Assembly: GCA_951406725.2 (NCBI GenBank)
Contig: OX597828.1
Span: forward strand, 60,760,001-60,824,000
Reading direction: 5' to 3'
Source: Octopus vulgaris
Taxonomy: Eukaryota
DNA: 64,000 bases
Positions 26,417 to 40,200 of the stretch are shown here, piece by piece (the first letter of the stretch is position 1; each line of letters starts with the position of its first letter). The translations under genes were made by a program, and so were the position numbers. Under the pieces are notes generated by a model. It had not been told where the DNA came from, did not search any database, and worked only from the letters and a program-made list of their open reading frames with translations.

Positions 26417-26459
26417 GCTATAGCGTGATAGGGGTTCTCTCCCCATCTTTTTTCCCCCT

Positions 26460-26676
26460 TTTACTCTTTTACTTGTTTCAGTCATTTGAATGAGGCCATG
26501 CTGGAGCACCGCCCTTTAGTCTAGCTATATTGCTGGACTAAATCGACCCCAGGACTTATTCTTTGTCAGCCTAGCACTTATTCTATCGGTCTCTTTTGCC
26601 GAACCGCTAAGTTACGGGGACGTAAACACACCAGCATTGGTGGTCAAGCGGTGTTGGGGGACAAACACAGACACAG

Positions 26677-26725
<49 letters not shown>

Positions 26726-26820
26726 CTTATATACGACTGGCTTCTTTCAGTTTCCGTCTACCAAATCCACTCACAAGGCTTTGGTTGGCCCGAAGCTATA
26801 GTAGAAGACACTTGCCCAAG
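26460..26820 (-). mobile_element. CORE-like tRNA SINE, head truncated
   Basis: Homologous to 41736-42128. Confidence 0.75.
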
Positions 26821-26879
26821 TAGTAGTAACATTCAACAACCACACTGATGTGGCAACTGGCTTTACTGTATATATATAT

Positions 26880-27110
26880 ATTTCTTTATTGCCCACAGGA
26901 GGCTAAACACAGAGGGGCCAAACAAGGACAGACAAAGTGATTAAGTCGATTATATCGACCCCAGTGCGTAACTGATACTTATTTAATCGACCTCGAAAGG
27001 ATGAAAGGTAAAGTCGACCTCGGCGGAATTTGAACTCAGAACGTAGCAGCAAACGAAATACCGCTAAGCAATTTGCCCGGCGTGCTAACGATTCTGCCAG
27101 CTCGCCACCC
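26880..27110 (-). mobile_element. tRNA-derived Nin-like SINE, near full length
   Basis: A-box- and B-box-like motifs and the GCCTTTCATCCTTTCGAGGTCGA-type core on the minus strand. Confidence 0.8.
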
Positions 27111-27239
27111 TATGCCAGCTCGCCGGTTGAGTAAAAGTAAGCAACGTTTTGAAACATGAAGAATTTGTACCGTTGCAGAGTTTCGAAATGATTTTAAACA
27201 TTTTTTTAGCAATTGTCTGATAATACCAACATACACTTA

Positions 27240-27782
27240 CCCAAATGCATCAACAAATTAACATTGGTCTTTTATTCACCGTTGTTACATAAAAGGAAAT
27301 GAAAACGCAATATTCCATCCAACTTAAAAGTATTTTAAAAGCTCAAAAGGTATGACTGTGAGATAACAGTTTACTCAAAGCAGCCAGCCTCAGCTTCCAC
27401 TATAGTTTCAAGACGGCTCCGAAACCTGGTGCATCCGTTCCCTACTGTGTCCCTGGAAAGATCATTGAATATCTCCTTGATTTTGGCCACTAGCTCGGCC
27501 TTGGTGTTGTGGGCAGAGCGGTTGGTGTCTTTCTCAACCGCGCCTCACATATAGTAATCTAAGGAATTACAATCGGGGGAATATGGGAGGCCAGACATTG
27601 AGGCTGGTGAAGTGATAGAAAATTTCCGACAACCACTTCTGACTCTTTCCGAAGGTGTGGTAAAGAGCCAAATCCTGCAGCTACATATATAGCCTTCTTG
27701 CGGCAATCCTCCCAAGACAGCGGTTGAACATAGTCTCCAGAAGTTTCATATGGCTGTTGAAATTGAGCCTAAGGCCTTGTTC
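27240..27782 (-). mobile_element. Tc1/mariner-superfamily (maT/DD37D-like) transposase 3' fragment
   Basis: Minus strand SPDCNSLDYY..GAVEKDTNRSAHNTKAELVAKI.. Confidence 0.65.
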
Positions 27783-27825
27783 TTGACAAAAGAGACATTA
27801 AGTCGTCAAATCTAGCCCGAACACT

Positions 27826-27998
27826 ATATATACGGCGGGCTTCTTTCAGTTTCCGTCTACCAAATCCACTAACGAGACTTTAGTCGGCCCAAGGCTATAG
27901 AAGAAGACACTTGTCCAAGGTACTAAACAGTACGACAGAATCTGGAAGCATGTGGTTGGGAAGCAAGCTTCTTATCACGTATCAATGCCCTGTGCCTG
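27826..27998 (-). mobile_element. CORE-like SINE head fragment
   Basis: Homologous to about 41960-42128. Confidence 0.65.
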
Positions 27999-28010
27999 CA
28001 CACACCCACG

Positions 28011-28046
<36 letters not shown>

Positions 28047-28051
<5 letters not shown>

Positions 28052-28852
28052 AGGGAGTCCACAAAGGAGACCGGAATTTTGCATTATTATTTTATTCACT
28101 TAGTTTTACATCTTTAAACTCTTATAGAGTTCAAAGTAATCTCCATTTGAAAAGCGTCTTCTACTGTTCGAAGCAGTTCTAGAACTCTTGCGAAGTGATG
28201 CTTTTAACACCTCCATCGTTTTTTTCTTCACCTCTTTCACATCTGCAAAACATTTTCCTTTAAGTACTTTTTTTTCATTCGGGTGAACAAAAACAAGTTG
28301 CAGTGATCAAGATCGGGTGAATAGGGAGGGTGGGTAAACGGGGTGATGCCATTTTTGGTCAAAAACTGTCTCACAGTGAAGACGGTGCATTGTCGTGATG
28401 AAACCACCACTGTCCACTTTACCACTGGTCGGAGTGTTTTCGTCTCGCTTCAGAACTGTCAAGTAAAAATGTGTGGTTAACAGTTTGATCAGGAGGAACA
28501 AATATTGTGTGGAGAATTCCTTTCGCATCAAATCAGCATCGTTTTCACATTGGACTTCACTTGATACACTTTTGGTGGGCGTGGTGACATTGAATGTTTC
28601 AATGGACTTGATCGCTGCTTCGTTTTCGGGTCTTAACCGTAGCACCAGCTTTCGTCACCAGTGATGACCTTCGAAAAAAGTTCACGACACTAATTCAGTC
28701 GTGATTGCTTTTGATCTTCTGTGAGCAAGCGAGGTACAAATTTTGCTGCAACTCTTCTCATTCGCAATTCCTTGCTCAGAATTCGTTGGCAGTTGCTCCA
28801 AAATACACCAGTCATACCAACAAGTTCGTCAATTGTTCGATGATGGTCCTCC
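28047..28852 (-). mobile_element. Mariner transposase fragment (irritans-like), decayed
   Basis: VITGDE.W, HHDNA and HPPYSPDLDHCNLFLF on the minus strand. End resembles a TA-GAGGG TIR near 28047. Confidence 0.75.
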
Positions 28853-28854
28853 AA

Positions 28855-29975
28855 GGTCCGAAGCTGGATATTGTATTAGCTGCAGATGCGAGTAATTATG
28901 GTGTAGGAGCAGTGCTTCTGCACAAATGTAACAATGAGAGCAAAAAGGCTACAGGTCATGCGACACGATCATTATTACCAGCAGAAAGGAACTATAGTCA
29001 AATAGAAAATGAAGCGTTAGCGATCATATTCGATGGGGAAAATTGCATAGATTTATTCATGGAAAATGTTTCAGTCTATAAATGGATCATCGCTATCTAC
29101 GGTCAATATACGGTTAAAAAAAGTCATAGCTACACACAGCAAATAGACTACAGTGATGGGGGCACTACGTTATTGAATTATGATTGCAAAATGGAATATT
29201 TACTGTAAAAAAACTGCGGCATACAGATGGCTTGTCCAGACTAACACCGAAACACTGCAAGCCATTCGAAGATAAGGTAATCGCAGCATTAAGATCAGAA
29301 GGAAAAATAAAAAATGTAATGTGGAATGTAGTACGCGAATTACCTCTGATCCTTGAAGACATAAAACGAAATGCAGAAAACGACAAATTCATAACAGAAA
29401 TGTTAAGAATACCGTGGACAAGAAAAGTAAATAGGAACAGGATTGGTGTGAAACGAAACCAAGACGTGAACCTATACTCAGTTTGTGATGGCGTACTGAT
29501 GTATGCACAGACAGTAGTAATACCTGAAACACTGCAAAAGAAAATTTTGAGGGAATTCCATTTTGGACATACTGGTATTTCGAGGATGAAAGCTTTAATG
29601 CGTTGCTACGTGTACTAGTCAGAAATTAGTAGAGAAATCGAAAATTTAGTGAAAGGCTGCAGCGGATGTGCTCTAGCGGCAAAATTATTGACGATAAAAA
29701 GTGAAACTTGGCCAAAAGTAGATGTTTCATGGTCGAGGCTACACATCGATTTCGCTGATCCCTTAAACGGTTCATACTGTTTAGTGGTAGAAGATAGTTT
29801 CTCTAAATGGCCAGAAATTTGTAAGTGTAAAAAGCCAGCCTCCTCAACTACGACAAACTTTCTACCATCAGCTGCTGTTTGCGAGATCTGGCGTCCCACA
29901 CATGATAGAGTCTTGTCCCATAGAACGCAATTTGTGTCTTTTGAGTTTAAAAAGTTTTGTAAAACGTGCTTTGCT
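28855..29975 (+). mobile_element. Gypsy/Ty3 pol fragment (RNase H and integrase)
   Basis: LAADASNYGVGAVL..ERNYSQIENEALAIIF, ILREFHFGHTGISRMKALMR, C..C and WSRLHIDFA..VVEDSFSKWPE. Frameshifted. Confidence 0.9.
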
Positions 29976-30808
29976 TCTTTGTCCTTCCTTTTCTTTAAAC
30001 AGTCCCATCTTGTCTGTGATGACATAAGCAAGGAATTTAACTCAGTGGTATCCTTAATTGGAATTCTCGTAACAACTTCATTTGGTTTCCTGAGTTCTGA
30101 TCTTAAATTTGCTCTGTCACATCATTTCAATGATATTAAGCTTTTCCTTTCCTCAAGGAAAGGAAAAGTTTAATTTCCGAATTCTGTGACGGAGAGTAGC
30201 TAGTTCTGGACTAATTTCTTAGTTTGAGGTACACTATTATCTTCTATATATTGTAGATTCCCTCCTTCCATGTCACAGATTTGTAGATTTTTCTTTTCTA
30301 TGGGTATTTCTTCTGGACTAGTAGTTCCTTTCTCACTTCCATTATGATATTCTCTCGCTACGTTTCCTCTAAGCCACATTTTGATCTTAGTTCGTCTAAT
30401 CTGATCGACCAATCTTTGTTCATTCACATCCTTCAGCTCTTCACATACATAATATTTTTTTCAGAGCACTAGTACCCTTTTCTTATAGCCTCTTTTCTCA
30501 GGCTCACTCTTAATATAACATTCTAACAACAATTTGTTGTTATTTTTTGCCTATTTTAATCTCCTTCGCTACTATGGTTCAGTGATAGACTGATTACCAC
30601 TAGACCTGCGCTTCTGTTCCATAGGACAATTACTGGACGTAACACCTTCGCTAAAAACCCATTCATCCTCGTTGACGCTGTTTGGATTACTTTTCCTTAT
30701 TGACATTTCTCTCATAATTGAGGTATGTGTTTTGAGGTTACTACCAACTAGTAAATATATCGTGTTACCATTATTAGGCAGGTTGTCAGCCTAGACTTCT
30801 GGGAGGCC
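29975..30808 (-). mobile_element. 5' portion (UTR and N-terminus) of an R4/Dong-like element
   Basis: ECYIKSEPEKRGY and NEQRLVDQIR..WL, typical of the R4/Dong N-terminal region. Confidence 0.6.
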
Positions 30809-30937
30809 TCAAATTCCACCGAGGTTGACTTTGCCTTTCATCCTTTCGAGGTCGAGCACTGGAGTCGATGTAATCGACTTATCAACTCCTCCGAAATTAT
30901 TGACCTTGTTTCAAAATTTGAAACTATTATTATTATT

Positions 30938-31453
30938 GAGTGCGAGAGTAACACATGCCATCAAAGTGACACTAGGGTACAAATATACGAATACAGTATA
31001 CCCATCATGACTACCCGTCTGTTAAGGGAACACCAGGCGCATAAGTACAACCATATGTGCGCGACATGATGATGTAATATCGAGATAAACAGCGCATGAA
31101 CTTGCAGATGGGATCCAGTTAGAATTTTCATCAGGTCGAGTAGCCCATTCCGCTCAAAAGGTGCTTAAATAAGGTTTCTTTAAGGATGTTGAACGAAATA
31201 CCCATCTTTCCAGAGGTGAATTATTCAAACCCCAAATAATTCCTCTCAACACATGGTTATCAAGCACCCCACTCCACTACTTCTGCTCATGATCAGAAAT
31301 GCACATATTGTCAGCCACCAAGAGACATGATCAACTGATAAGCAAATCTGTGGTATTGAGTAGAATATTTGCAATAGCCAATCTTTTGTACCAAGACAAA
31401 ACATGTTCATGATAAAACTTCTAATTAGTTAAGATACGAAACCATTAGGGCAT
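30938..31453 (-). mobile_element. ~555-bp (TAA)n-associated element, copy E
   Basis: Homology to copies A-D. Confidence 0.8.
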
Positions 31454-31465
31454 GATATTATTATT

Positions 31466-31499
<34 letters not shown>

Positions 31500-31521
31500 C
31501 CATCATCACCATCATCATCAC

Positions 31522-31596
<75 letters not shown>

Positions 31597-31624
31597 TACT
31601 ATTATTATTATTATTATTATTATT

Positions 31625-31910
31625 CAGTAGTTTTATTTTTATAGCGTGCTTTCACTTCACTGCCGAGCGCAGCTCTGTGTGCCTTAGGTATGTGCTGTGA
31701 TTTGTTGTGATGCTCTGATGGTTATTGTATGGAAAGCGTTCTGCGTAGGATGTGTGCAGTGCCTAGTAGTGCAAGTTTCTGTATGTTATATGTGTTTGTA
31801 AGTCCTGGTGTTTTTGTTATGTATTTGTCTGAATATTTTTTTATCATGCCTAATGCACCTACTATGATAGGAATTGTTTCTGTTTTTAGATTCCACATTC
31901 TGGTTACCTC
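31625..31910 (-). mobile_element. 3' end of R4/Dong-like element (near identical to 40415-40696)
   Basis: ORF 31729 matches antisense ORF 40170. (TAA)n on both sides. Confidence 0.9.
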
Positions 31911-31912
31911 TG

Positions 31913-31976
<64 letters not shown>

Positions 31977-32039
31977 TTATTCATATACACACAACAGGTT
32001 AAACTGTAGGAAAAGAAAAGAATCGTGCTACAACAAATA

Positions 32040-33429
32040 ACTTTAGATGTCAAGAACCTTCCTAAATATATTAGATGTCCTTATTAACACTGTTTTCTGG
32101 AGCTGTAATAAACTGTGTTTATGCCTATTTCCCCTATCCATCAGTTCAAATCTTTGGAGATAGTTCCCAATGCACCTATAACTACTGGAACATATTTTAC
32201 CCACACTTTCCATAGTCTCTGTAATTCAATGGCTAGGTTCCGGTACTTTGCTATTTTTTCTATATCTCTCCTTCTATTTATCTACTACCACTAAATCGGG
32301 CCTTCTAGATTCTATTACTCTGTCAGTCTGAATGTTAAAGTCCCACAACATCTTATAATTCTTACTTTCTCGTATTTTACTAGGTTCATGTTCATACCAT
32401 TTATCAGTATATTCAAATCCTAGCTATCTACATAACTTCCAGTGGATTGCTCTCCCTAGATTGTCATGTCCTTCCTTGTATACTTTCGGTGCTAACATGC
32501 TACATTCACTTACTATATGAGTAACAATTTCCTCTTTTGATTTGCATAACCTACATTGGGAATCTACTTAGATTTTGTCTATCTTGGCTTTTATCCAATT
32601 AGTCCTTAATCCTTGATCTTGTGCTGCCACTAACAATTTTTCTGTTTCCCTTTTTAGCCTTCCTTTCTACAACCACAACCATGTCTCACTACTACTATTT
32701 ACTGCAACTATCTTTAGGAATCTACCATGCAAAGCCTTCTCCTGCCAGTCACATAACTTTTGTTCTTTTTTCTGGTTTTTAACTTCGTTTTTTGTTTGGG
32801 GGGGGGTCCCTATGTCATACTGTGACTCTAGCAGTTTTTAATAAACTTCGTTCACTATTACCTACATCGGAGTCTATATCTACTCTATCTAACTCTACAC
32901 AGTCTTCTACTGATATTAGCCCACTCCCACCTTCCTTTCTAGATAAATATAATTTTTCTACTCCCGCTGTTGGGTGGAATCCTCCATTCATATTGAATTC
33001 CTTCCTAATTCTTCTGTCTAGCTTTGCTAATTCAGTTTTGTCCAATCTACAAAAGCTGCTGAGTATCTAAATAATGACACTGCCCAAGTATTTACAGCCT
33101 TCACTAGATTCAGACCATTTACCTTTGACTTCATTAGCTTCCTCACCCTTCTTCATTCTCGTTTTCGTTAATACTCTGTCAGATTCTAATACTTCCAGAT
33201 ACTTATAAATCTCTCCTCGTTTCAATGATTTTAATGTCTGGTCATCTGGTAATTGGATGCCTTCACTCTTAACTACCTGTCCCCTTCTCATGATTAATAT
33301 TGCACATTTATCTATGCCAAATTCTGTACCTATATATTTGCTGAAGAGTCTTACAGTCTGCGTTAATGATTCTATCTCTTTTTCATTCTTACTAAAAAGC
33401 TTCAAATCATCCATGTAGAGCATGGCTGG

Positions 33430-33430
<1 letters not shown>
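32040..33430 (-). mobile_element. 5'-truncated R4/Dong-like retrotransposon
   Basis: LYMDDLKLF..FGIDKC, LYLSRKEGGSGL, LKRETE, CRLCK, RHDNL and RRPD. Confidence 0.85.
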
Positions 33431-33483
<53 letters not shown>

Positions 33484-33569
33484 GTTGCTGTTGTTGTTGT
33501 TATTATTGTTGTTGTTGTTGTTAAAGACTCTCGGATAGTTCTTAATTACCATTTATTCTTTACTGGAAA

Positions 33570-34675
33570 GCAAGCAATAACAAATCACCAAAGGTTTCAA
33601 GTAGTGCCTTCTCCTGTGACCCAAAGAGACAATTTTCTCCTTAGAATGCGAGCTGCACCCAACAACGCTGTTTTCTGAATCACTTCGAGCCTGACAGCAG
33701 CTCCAATATTCTTAATATGTTTTTCAAAGCCCTTGGAAACTGCTCCTAATGCTCCAATTACCACCGGTGTCACCATAACTTTCCTATCTTCTCCCGCAGT
33801 GGCTGGTATTTCATCCTACAGGTCCTATTCCAGTCAATCTCATTTTTATTCTTTAAGAACTGACTGTGCATTTTCTTGTCCTCCCAAATTTTCTTCATCT
33901 GCTCTCCCTGGTCTTTCTTAAATTGTGTTCACTTTTAAGGTTCCCTGCATTTTCATTGATTCAATAATTTCTTCTTTAATCCGCATGACATACCAAGCTA
34001 GGCTATTATCCTCTTCCCTTCACAACACACTAATCCTTGTGCCCCTTCCCTCCTCTTTACATACATCGCTCTTGGCATGTAGTTCCTTGTTCATTGTTAT
34101 TAATTTACGTGTTTTCTGGTCTATCTCTTGTAATTCATGCTTCTTCCAAGATACTATTCTTGCCCCTTATCTCATCTTGTTAATTGCTCTAATCATATAG
34201 CGGCCATTTAGCTTCGACTGGAACACAAGCAGAGTTCTCCTCAAATACTCTTTCCTGTACATTTCTTTCATCTTGTGTTCATTCATCTTATCTCTTTCAA
34301 TGATACCCAGGTACTTATAACCTTCCTCTCCGTCTTCCTTTATAGTTTCACCACTTTCCAGCTTGATCCCATGGCTTTTATTGATTTACCCTCTTTTGAG
34401 AATCATTACACCACATTTCTCGATCCTAAATTCCATGCCAATATCTTTGCTAATCATCTGCACAGTTGCCGTGAAACTCTCAATTTCTGTCTCAGTCTTA
34501 ACGAATAGCTTTAGGTCATCCATAAACCACAGGTTGTTTGACTTCACCCTGTTTAGCATGTACCCCACATGCATCTTTTTTAAAACGCTCGTTAGTGGAA
34601 GTATGCAGACAACAAATAATAGTGGCGACAGACTGTCCTCTTGAAAGATTCCTCTTTTGATATTTACCTCTCCCA
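33570..34675 (-). mobile_element. R4/Dong-like fragment with internal deletions
   Basis: RGIFQEDSLSPL, FMDDLKLF and VIGALG..QKTALLG. Confidence 0.8.
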
Positions 34676-34679
34676 GCTA

Positions 34680-35545
34680 CGGTGTCAGCTGTTCAATATC
34701 AGTGAACCAAGGTAACACTACTTATTTTTCGAGCACCTTCCGGAGTATTCGAGCGGTTCCAAGCAGTGCTACTTTCTGCAAGTGTTCCACCCTTATTGCA
34801 GCCACTATTTGTTCCATGTACTTCTCAAGATTTTTACTCACTGTTCCCAGGGCTCGGATAATTATTGGTACTACTACCGCCTTTTTCATCGACCACAACT
34901 GCTCAACCTCCCAAGCTAACCTGTCATATCTGTTGACTTTTCTTTCTTCCTTTTCGCATACCTTGTTGTCAGCTGGGCAAGCTATATCTATAATCCAGCA
35001 TAGTTTGCTTTCTTTCTCAATTAACTCTATGTCTGGCTTCCTATTCTCTATCGCATGGTCGCACTGAATTATAAAATCCTACAGGATCTTTGCATTATCA
35101 TTTTCGATTATGTCTTCGGGTTTGTAGTCGTACAAATGTCTATACTTGTTGCAAAGTGTCCAATGGACAAGCCTGGCTATATAGTCGTGGCGTCGCTTAT
35201 ATTCCTTCTGGGCTAGTGGCATACATTGGCTGGTAATATGCCATACGGTTTCACCATTTTATTCATTTCCGATGCGTTGTCTATTCTGTATTTTATGTAG
35301 TTTGTTCTTAGTGCTTGCTCTTGGGCAGCACAGTTTAGAGTCTTCGTTTCCGGTTTTAAATCACTTTTAGTCATCCACAACCATCTTTTTTCTCTGTCTT
35401 ATCTTCAACATCCCTGTGAAATTATCCAAGCATTCTTTTCTTTACCCATCTATTTTCAGTTTCATATCTTTGCAATCCTCCATCCTACACAGGCCTGACC
35501 TTACTTCTAATAACAGCGGTTCTGTGGCATTTTTTACATACCATG
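34680..35545 (-). mobile_element. R4/Dong-like 3' fragment, same subfamily as 5200-6120
   Basis: Antisense ORF 34657 matches antisense ORF 5616. RRHDY, KPD and QKVALL. Confidence 0.85.
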
Positions 35546-35559
35546 AATTGGAAAAGATA

Positions 35560-35606
<47 letters not shown>

Positions 35607-35809
35607 TGCTACAAGGGCAGCCATTTTGGGAGAGGTGATGAGTCAATTACATCGACCCTAGTGTTCAACTGGTACTTATTTTATTGACTCCGAAAGGATG
35701 AAAGGTAAAGTTCATCTCGGCAGAATTTGAACTCAGAACGTGGGGACGGGCGAAATACCGCGGCGCATTTCATCCAGCGGGCTAATGCCTCGGCAAGCTC
35801 GCAGCCTCA

Positions 35810-36420
35810 GACAAGGATCAAGAGATATGACCAAAGAATTGAACTATGTAAAATCGACAGATTGTTCCAACAAGACCAGATAAGAGTTTATCAACAGCTG
35901 AATGGAAAGGTTAAGATCAGTGAGAGACGAGACGCTGAAGAAAGTAAAAGGTTTTGAAGTAACATCTGGGATAATGGAAGAAAGCATAATAAAGAAGCTA
36001 CATGGTTGAAGGAATTAAGATCGGAAAAATATGAAGTGAAACGGCAACATTAGAATAACGATTGGAATGGTAATCGAACAGACTGGAAAGATCCCTAACT
36101 AGAAATGCCCAGACCCAGAAGGAGGTCAAGGATATTGACTGAAAAATTTCCCAGCACTACATTGAAGAATAGCCACGAAATGGATAAAATAATCAACAAC
36201 AATGGGGCGCAAACCCCAAAGTAGCTGACCAGAGGTAAAACAATTCTTTGCCAAAAGGACCTCAGTGAAGGTAATGCAGTGGATAATCACCTGCATGCTC
36301 CTGATGTGGAAGCCGATGACAGCTATAATATACAATTATGTGTATAAATTGCTAGAAATGAATGACAAATTGCCAGTGGAACAGAAAGGATGCAGAAGGA
36401 AAAGCCAAGGAACAAAAGAC
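35810..36420 (+). mobile_element. R4/Dong-like pre-RT fragment
   Basis: RIKRYDQR..FQQDQ.RVYQQL and [18 protein letters not shown]. Confidence 0.7.
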
Positions 36421-36647
36421 CAACGTAGTGATGGGCGAAATATCGCATTTCATCCAGCGCACTACTATTCTGCCATCTCACCACCGTAATAATAAAGAAA
36501 AATAATAATTCTTTCTACTATAGTCACAAGGCCTTAAATTTTGGGGGCGGGGGCTAGTCGATTACATCGACCCCAGTGCGTAACTGGTACTTATTTTGCC
36601 GACCCCGAAAAGATGAAAATAATAATGATAATAACAATTGTAATAAT

Positions 36648-37145
36648 TGGCTCTCAGCTTTTGTTCTTAACTGACTGAAAGTGTTATCATGTACATTGGT
36701 TTGTCTTTGTATAAAAGATAGTCTACAGCGATTCTGCTGTTTTGCTTGTCAGTTGGTTAAGTTGAGCATGTCCCTTAGTGGTTGACGATATGTGCATCTC
36801 TGATCACGAGCAGAAGTAATGGGAGAGCATCATAGCCATGTATTGAGAGGAATTCTTCAGGGTTTGGATAATTCCCCTCTGGATACATGGGTGTTTCGTT
36901 CAACATCCTTATTCAAGGACATTTTGAGCTGGATGGACTACTTGACTTGAAGAAAATTCTAACTGGGCCCCATCTGCAAGATCATGCGGTGTTTATCTTG
37001 ATATGAGATCACCATATCACGCACATATAGTTGCGGTGCACGTTCCCGGTGCACATTTATCAGACGGGTAGTCATGATGGGTAAACTGGGCTTCGTATAA
37101 TTGTACCCCAGTGTTACTTTGATGGCATGCACTGCTCTCTCGCTC
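36648..37145 (+). mobile_element. ~555-bp (TAA)n-associated element, copy F
   Basis: Homology to copy A. (TAA)n tail at 37146-37220. Confidence 0.8.
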
Positions 37146-37220
<75 letters not shown>

Positions 37221-37222
<2 letters not shown>

Positions 37223-40200
37223 TAATACAGTAATGAACTCTAATAAACTAGCTAACGTACGAAGATACATTCTCAACGCAAAAAAAATAATATCAGAAAT
37301 AGAAATAGAACATCTAAAAGAAAAAATACACCAGGAAAATGTAGATAGAAGCCACACAACAATGCCCAATAATATAAACACTGAAACAGTAAAACACGAA
37401 GACAAACGTAACATTCCCAACAAACACGATGTAAACAAAAAACAACAAACCCAGACCGTAAGGATGCATAATAATACACGACAAACAGCAAGCCAAAACA
37501 CGACAAACAAACATATAAATAAGAAAGAAAGCGACACAAATCTAAAACCTGGAAACAACGAAGGGGAGCCTAATGATTATGATGATATAAAAAGTAAAAT
37601 AATCAAAGAACTGAAAACCACAGAGCTCAAAATGGACCACCGACCATACCTCCCAAAAATCAAAATAGACGAAACAACAACACCAATTATAAACAGCATA
37701 AACCTAGCCGTCACGGAACTAATAGCCACTGAAACAAAAAGCGATATCACTGAGCTAAATGACTTAGTATACGCAGCAGCCACTGCAGCCACAAAAGAAG
37801 CTGGATACTCACTCAAACCCATCCAAACAGGAGTACCACCACCCAAACAAATCCCCGTTGATAAATAACATCCAAAACAAAATACAAAAAATGAGAAAAG
37901 ATCTGTCGATTCTTAATGAAATCAGTAGACAATCAACGCTACTGAGCAACAAAAAAGAAAACAAAAATACTCCGCAAATATAACATCACAGAAAAAGATT
38001 TACCTGAGATAAAAGAAAAGCTGAAGCAAGATATCCTTGCCAAAGCACGAAGGATCCGCCGGTACGAGAAACGCCAGCGCTTCTTTGAACAAAACAAAAA
38101 GTTTAACTCCAACCCCAAAAAGTTCTACCAAGAACTTGGCAAAAATAAAATAGAAATCCCTGCAGCACCAACGGCAGAAGAAGTGGAAGAATTCTGGAGA
38201 GAAATATGGTCGGCGAACGAACAACAAAAAAAAGGAGTATTAAAACAACAAACTCAGCATCTGAGCAACTTTGGACCCCCATAACAACTGAAGAGGTCAC
38301 CCAGGCACTGCAAAAGACTAAGCAACTGGAAGGCACCTGGGCATAACAAGATCCCCAACTTCTGGTTGAAATATCTAACAGGAATGCACAAAAAGCTGGC
38401 TGAAAACTTTAACAACATACTAGCAGAGCCAGAGACAATGCCTGAATGGCTCACGAAGGGGAAAACCATCTTAATTCCCAAATCAAATGAGACAGCAAAA
38501 CCAGAAAACTACAGACCAATAACCTGTCTCCCTACAATGTACAAGGCATTTACTGCAGTGATATCGCAAAGGTTGAACAAGCACCTGGACGAAAACAACC
38601 TGTTTCCAGAAGAGCAGAAAGGATGCCGCAAAGGCTCATATGGCTGTAAAGATCAACTAATGATTAATAAAGCCATAACTGAAGACAGCCACAGAAAGAA
38701 GAAAGGCCTCAGTATGGCCTGGATCGACTACAAAAAGGCGTTTGATAGCATCCCCCACACATGGATCCTCGAAACACTAGCCATTAACAAAGTAGCACCA
38801 ACAATTATAAAATTCATAGGACACTCTATGAATAAATGACAAACAGTGCTACAGCTCCAAACAAAAGAGGGACTCATGAAAACCAAAGCCATCCCCATTA
38901 GAAGAGGAATATTCCAGGGAGACACGCTCTCTCCACTCCTTTTCTGCTTGGCACTGTCACCTCTATCTGATATGCTAAATAGAACTGGATGCGGATATAA
39001 ATGTTACGGCAAAACGATCAGCCACCTTTTATATATGGATGACCTAAAACTATACGCTGCAAATGACAAACAGCTGGAAACACTATTAAAGACAGTTCAT
39101 GGATTTACCAAAGAAATAGATATGAAATTTGGATTAGAAAAATGCGCCAAAGTAACCCTGAAAAGAAGAAAACTAGTTAAGAGTAGCAACATCACACTTG
39201 ATAAAACCAATGAAATAAAAGAATTAGACCAAAGCCAAACTTACAAATACTTAGGAATCCATGAACTAGATAAGACACAACACACACAAACGAAAGAGAA
39301 AATAAAAAAGAATATTATAGACGAGTTAGATCAATACTAAAAACAGAGCTCAATGCTAAAAACAAGTTACAGCTACAATATCCTTAACTGGACACTAAAT
39401 AATCTGACCAAAATAGGTAGGAAAACAAGAAAAATAATGACAGGATCTAGGATGCATCACCCAAAATCTGACATAGAAAGACTATATATACAACGTATAG
39501 AAGGTGGTAGAGGCCTTATACAGCTAGAAAACTACTATAAAATAACCACCTAGGACTGCAAAAATATCTACTTCAGAAGGAAGGAAAACTGATACAAATA
39601 GCGGCAAAACACGAGCAAAACAAAAAACTGTTCTCAGTATTTAAAGAAGCTGACAAATACAAACAAGAAATCATACCACATAATAATTATGAAGAAGAAG
39701 AAGAAGAAGAAGAAGAAGAAGAAGAAGAAGAAGAAGAAGAAGAAGAAGAAGAAGAAGAAGAAGAAGAAGAAGAAGGTGAAGAAACAACAAAAGCTATAAA
39801 ACAAATGAAATCTAAACTAAAAATAGAACAGCAACGAACCATGATAAAACGATGGCAAGAAAAGCCCCTTCATGGTAAATACTGGACTAAACTAAACGCA
39901 AAAGAAATAGACAAAGAAAAATCCCAGCAATGGTTGAGAAGCTCAGGACTCAAAGCAGAGACAGAGGGATTTTTAATTGCAACCAAGACCAAAGCCTCCC
40001 CACCAGAAATTACCAAAAACAAGTAATGAAAAGAAATATAACAAGTAACTGCAGAATATGTGGAGATGGACAAGAAACAATAAATCATATTATCTCTGGC
40101 TGCCCAGTCCTGGCTAAGAAGGAATATATTCACAGACATGACAGAGTTGGAACCTACATACACTGGAAGCTATGCCAACATTATGGAATAACAACAGAAA

